DNA of 64,000 nucleotides from Novakomyces olei (taxonomy: Eukaryota). Location: assembly GCA_016906335.1 (NCBI GenBank), contig JADEYG010000009.1, positions 806,001 to 870,000 of the forward strand, written 5' to 3'. Positions within the stretch are counted from its first letter, which is position 1, and each line of letters opens with the position of its first letter. A program made the translations under genes and the position numbers. Positions 59,832-64,000 of the stretch are shown here, piece after piece. Under the pieces are notes generated by a model that was given only the letters and a program-made list of their open reading frames with translations, made no database searches and had not been told where the DNA came from.

Positions 59832-60938
59832 TTTAAATCATTCGGACAATCCTAGTGTGGAAGAGAGTACAAGGCAAGAAGTGTGGGGGATGGAAGAGTA
59901 TGAAAAGTGTGGGGAAATAAGGAGAGTAGTGTGGTATGTGTAAGAGAAACAGAAAGATTAGTCAGGAGGACTAAACGAGAATATTGTTCAGGTAAGATTT
60001 AAGTAGAACGTGATTAGCGACAAAATAAGGGAGAATGTGAATTAATGCCAGTAAAATTGATACATAAAAAATGGGATAAAGTCGTACTCCACAGATTATA
60101 CAGGCCAAAAAGGTTAGAGAAATCAAGGAAGGGAAATGAATGGATGGATGGAATACAAACTAAACAGAAAAAAGGAGGTAGCGTAACAGACAGGGATTGT
60201 GGATAAATAAAACGATAAAGTTGACGAGCGAAAATTGAATAGATATTTAAAGATGCTGGTAAGGAAAAATGGATAAGAGATGCACAAGATAGCAATAATG
60301 AAGCTAGTTAAAGCGACTAGTAAACAAACCGAGGTAGCCCTTGTGTCTGTAGCACTTCACGTAGCCCCTCAGTCGTTGAATGGTACAATGAACCCTTCAA
60401 CAACGACTGAAAAACGTTCCTCGGCTTTCCTTCTTAATTGTATTCTATTTTTGTTTTAATTCGACTTTGTATTAGTCAATGACAATTCCAATTGGTTTGG
60501 AATTGCACGAGCAAGCCAATACAAGCTAATGCACGGCTCAAAATGTACGGAGATTTTTGTAACCGAGTCTATTTGATTGGTTAGCACTCAGTCGGACATT
60601 ATTCAAACTCACCGGTATGCTGCAAAGCTAAACTCTGCAAAGCTAAACACAGAGTAATAATCACCGACCCAATTGTCTGGACGTGATAGGAAAATTAAAG
60701 TTTTAGAGTCAAGTGGGACTGACCCGTAGCAGATAATACCAAAAACGCTCTGTCTAACACATGTTTATATCATTGCTTTTCACCTTAAAAACCATAATGC
60801 TTTTTGTCTCCGCGAAAAGCATGGGAAAATTCTCATGTGACCTGCGGTCGTCCCGTACAATTATGTATACGTGTTTATTTATCTATAAATAAACAAATTT
60901 GTGCCCAATGCGTGTTGTGTATACGCCAGCGAAACAAT

Positions 60939-62164
60939 TCACGATAATCGATGCATACAAAACTCCCATACTGCAACCGCTGCTCCATTGGTAGGGACGG
61001 CTCGCAGTGAGCAAGGCAGGAATCCACGGTAGAGATTGCGTAGGCCTCCTGGTTTGCTGCATACAGCCCGCATTACATCCCAAACGCCTCTATATTTTGG
61101 TCGCGTAAGTGAGTCTGTTAGAATATTTTGTTTTGCGACGTCGAACGGGAAGGAGAATGTCCAATACGCCTGTGAAGCGGCTCCACTAGAATTTATCAGA
61201 AAACTGCCTCAAATTTAAATAATGTTGCTTTTAGATTTGTTTTATTTTCGTTATTGAATTCTTCCAAACCGTCGTTTGCTTCCTTTATCCCTTACCCGGC
61301 CCAAAACGAGATGGCTCCGGAACTCAGTGCCGTCTTGTCCCGCAAATAACAGCCTACTATATCGTACGTGCCCCAAAACACAAAGAACCATGATCTTTGT
61401 ATCGCTGTGGCGATCCATCCGTGGAAGATTCCGTTTCTGACGCCCGCTTGTTGAAACTAAAGCCTATAAGCAAAACTAATATGCTTATTATCATGCAATC
61501 TCACCACTTTACGTGCACAGTCAATAGGGCCGGTATACAGTCTGGATGCACTGTCGTACTGAACTTGCAAGCGTGCCTTGCCTTAGTATGAGTCAAGCAA
61601 AGTGCCAAGTGGCAGTCGACTGGGCTTTCCAGGGCAGTAAAGAAAAGTCGTACCCAGTCAACGCTAAAGATGTATAGAGCGAATATTGTCCAAGTCCAAA
61701 TCACATACCTTGACGTGCTCGATAGGGCACGCGAGAACAGACACGGTCAGGCCGGCGCCGAGTCCAGCAATTGAGTGTTGCAGAGTGGAAAGCTGCTCAA
61801 CATTAGCGCCTCGCCGAATAGCCGCGCGGTAGTTGTCGAGAGAGCCCATTAGCACTAGAGACGATATTAATAAATTAATTAATAATTAATTAGTAAATAA
61901 ATTGTTCAAACAAAAGGTCTACTCACGGCTGTCCATACACGCCCAGCCTATTAGCGGTGGGGTTGCGCCCTTGTAGAATCCTCGCAGACCTTCTTTCACA
62001 AAAGTTTCCCGTACACAAGCCCAAACTCCGCCGTGGAATCGTGCCGCGTCTACTTGCATACGCACTTTTATCGTGTCAAACGGGTGGCCAACTACGAGCT
62101 TTGTCACGCCTGACGCGGTTCCCGCTATAAAGCCGCGCAAGGGCGAGTGCTGCTCTTTTGACAT
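60939..62164 (-). CDS. Mitochondrial carrier family protein (Ymc1/carnitine-carrier-like), 5 exons
   Basis: GHPFDTIKVRMQ, GFYKGATPP, PIEHVK|ARLQ, FPFDVAKQ, YRGFLPC.LRA.P.NG; TGA at 60939. Confidence 0.9.
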
Positions 62165-62409
62165 TTGGCCTTGATGCAAACGTATGCCTCTCTATACCGT
62201 AATCTTTTTGATTATTTATATACGCGCACAGCTAAATTGGAGACGTATATTATACGAAGGAATATGAACATTCTTTGGATAAAAGTTTAAATGTGTTCAT
62301 GTAAGTTTAGATATTTCCTCTACGACTTTTCACTGTTTACACGAGTACAAAGGCCTCCGCCAGCGACTGGACGCGCCATTCGAGCCGTCTGCAGTACGTA
62401 ACCAAATAT

Positions 62410-62541
62410 AATTTGAATTTATATACAATTCAAATACAATTAAAATTCAAAATACTTCAAACATACTTCCAATACAATTCAAATACAATTCAAATACAAT
62501 TCAAATAATGTAATTCAAGTTCAAACATACTTCAAATTCAA
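62410..62541. repeat. Degenerate (TACAATTCAAA)n array in the divergent carrier/oxidoreductase spacer
   Basis: Read directly. Confidence 0.75.
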
Positions 62542-62889
62542 TCCACATTTTGTTTACGTTACTGTGGCTAATTGTTTCGGTTTTTTAAAAGGTTTGACAT
62601 TACAGTGGGCCGAGCCACTTTGCAAAGTATCAGCTTCACTATACAATCCACACAATGTTATCCACAAGCCTACAAGACTATAATAATCTCCTTTTATGTC
62701 TCATACTGCCCACCTTTCACGACCAATCACGGTACTTTAATTGAGACACGATAACCGACCTGCCTCCGATAGTGGAAATGACAAGACGACCAAAGTAGTA
62801 CAGCCCACATTAGAAGTAGACTACCGCGATTCCCTCAATACTTTTGCCTTTGATTGCGAGCGGACGTAGAGCCGTTTGTCGCAGCCGAC

Positions 62890-64000
62890 ATGACTCAAGC
62901 GCCGGTTCGACTAGCCGTAGTGGGCGCCGGCGCTAGAGCTAATGCCTATGCACAGTACGCGGCTCTGCACCCTGACGCTGTACACTTTGTGGCGGTAGCG
63001 GAGCCGAATGCTTATCGTAGGGAAACGTTTGCCTCAAAGTACGGTGTTGCCAAAGACCGATGCTACACGCACTGGCACGGTCTCGTAGCCGCTGGTCGCA
63101 CTGCCATTGGTGCGGCTGGAGTTCTTGTATGTACTCAGGATCAAATGCACTATGAGCCCTGTATGGCGCTCTTGGAACAAGGCTACCATGTCCTGTGCGA
63201 AAAACCCTTGGCAACAACAGAGTCCCATTGCCGAGATATAGTAGACGCAGCCGAGCGGGCGGGGACACTTTTCGCAGTGGGCCACGTGCTGAGGTACTCG
63301 CCCCACAACAAACTTTTGCTCTCGCTTTTGAGGCAAAAGGTTGTAGGCGACGTAGTCTCCATCAGCCACATGGAGCCAGTTGGCCATGAGCACTTTGCTC
63401 ACAGTTATGTGCGGGGGAACTGGCACCGAGAATGCACAAGCTGCTCAAGTTTGCTGGCCAAATCTTGTCACGATTTGGACCTGCTAACGTGTATGATGGC
63501 CGACGGCCAGGCTAGACTGGTTTCGTCTTTTGGAAGCTTGACTCATTTTAGACGCGAAGCCAAGCCGGCCGCCGCCGGGTCCGCCACACGCTGCTTGGAC
63601 TGTGCTTTTGAGCATAAATGCCCTTACTCTGCAAAACGGATATACATGGACCCCAACGCTGATGGCAGTAGTACAAATCTTAAATGGCCAGCGAATAGAG
63701 TGGTGGATACAAAAGCTGAATTGGAGTCAGCCTTACGCACAGGCCCGTACGGCCTTTGTGTTTATGAGAGTGACAATGACGTCGTTGACAACCAGCATGT
63801 CAATATAGAATTCGAAACGCCTTACGGGAAAGCTCACGCAAATTTCAGTATGGTTGCGTTTACAAGGGCTCAGTGTGTACGGAAAACGCAAATCTACGGC
63901 TCGCTTGGCCAAATTGTAGCGGATGGAGAGTCAGAGATTGTGGTTGACTCTTTTGTCACCGGCAATTCTGCTCGCTATACTGTGGAGAAACCGGGAAACG
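62890..64000 (+). CDS. Gfo/Idh/MocA-family oxidoreductase (YteT/StrI-like), runs off the window end
   Basis: VRLAVVGAGAR, LCEKPLA, VGHVLRY, HFAHSYVRGNW, LAKSCHDLD, CVYESDNDVVDNQ; open to 64000; absent from the ORF track because it has no stop in the window. Confidence 0.9.
   Translation, partial: MTQAPVRLAVVGAGARANAYAQYAALHPDAVHFVAVAEPNAYRRETFASKYGVAKDRCYTHWHGLVAAGRTAIGAAGVLVCTQDQMHYEPCMALLEQGYHVLCEKPLATTESHCRDIVDAAERAGTLFAVGHVLRYSPHNKLLLSLLRQKVVGDVVSISHMEPVGHEHFAHSYVRGNWHRECTSCSSLLAKSCHDLDLLTCMMADGQARLVSSFGSLTHFRREAKPAAAGSATRCLDCAFEHKCPYSAKRIYMDPNADGSSTNLKWPANRVVDTKAELESALRTGPYGLCVYESDNDVVDNQHVNIEFETPYGKAHANFSMVAFTRAQCVRKTQIYGSLGQIVADGESEIVVDSFVTGNSARYTVEKPGN

Noticed and set aside
61340..61365. 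Apparent frameshift in the mitochondrial carrier
   Set aside because: Re-reading shows the frame is continuous (YDIVGCYLRDK)

Overview
64 kb of a gene-dense nuclear genome from an intron-bearing ascomycete yeast. The short GT-AG introns (34-50 nt typical, CTRAC/CTAAT/CTTAC branch points) and CTG read as Leu in the arginase GNLHG motif fit an early-diverging Saccharomycotina or Taphrinomycotina lineage, but the taxon cannot be fixed from the sequence. About 30 protein-coding genes are present, mostly housekeeping: CBP6, RBA50, BSD2, HEM4, Sec24/Sfb3, MED10, NSE2, RFC4, CAR1, MED13, ARE, ABD1, GFA1, synaptojanin, LSM6, NAA25, Rad60/Esc2, HCNGP, PCD and a mitochondrial carrier. The window also holds a divergent ferric reductase/Ctr copper-uptake pair, L-arabinitol dehydrogenase, an aquaglyceroporin and an AT-hook + telobox-Myb (Taz1/TRF-like) gene. 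No tRNA, rRNA, transposon or CRISPR was recognised. The most notable unexplained signals are: a different AT-rich mini/microsatellite in many promoters; clusters of telomere-like TTAGGG/AACCCT sites in promoters, including that of the telobox gene; a three-hairpin candidate ncRNA; a NAGNAG acceptor in NSE2 whose proximal AG creates a stop; a GC-AG intron; and a partial exon copy upstream of a secreted cell-wall-like gene. All homology calls come from recognising motifs by eye; no database was searched.
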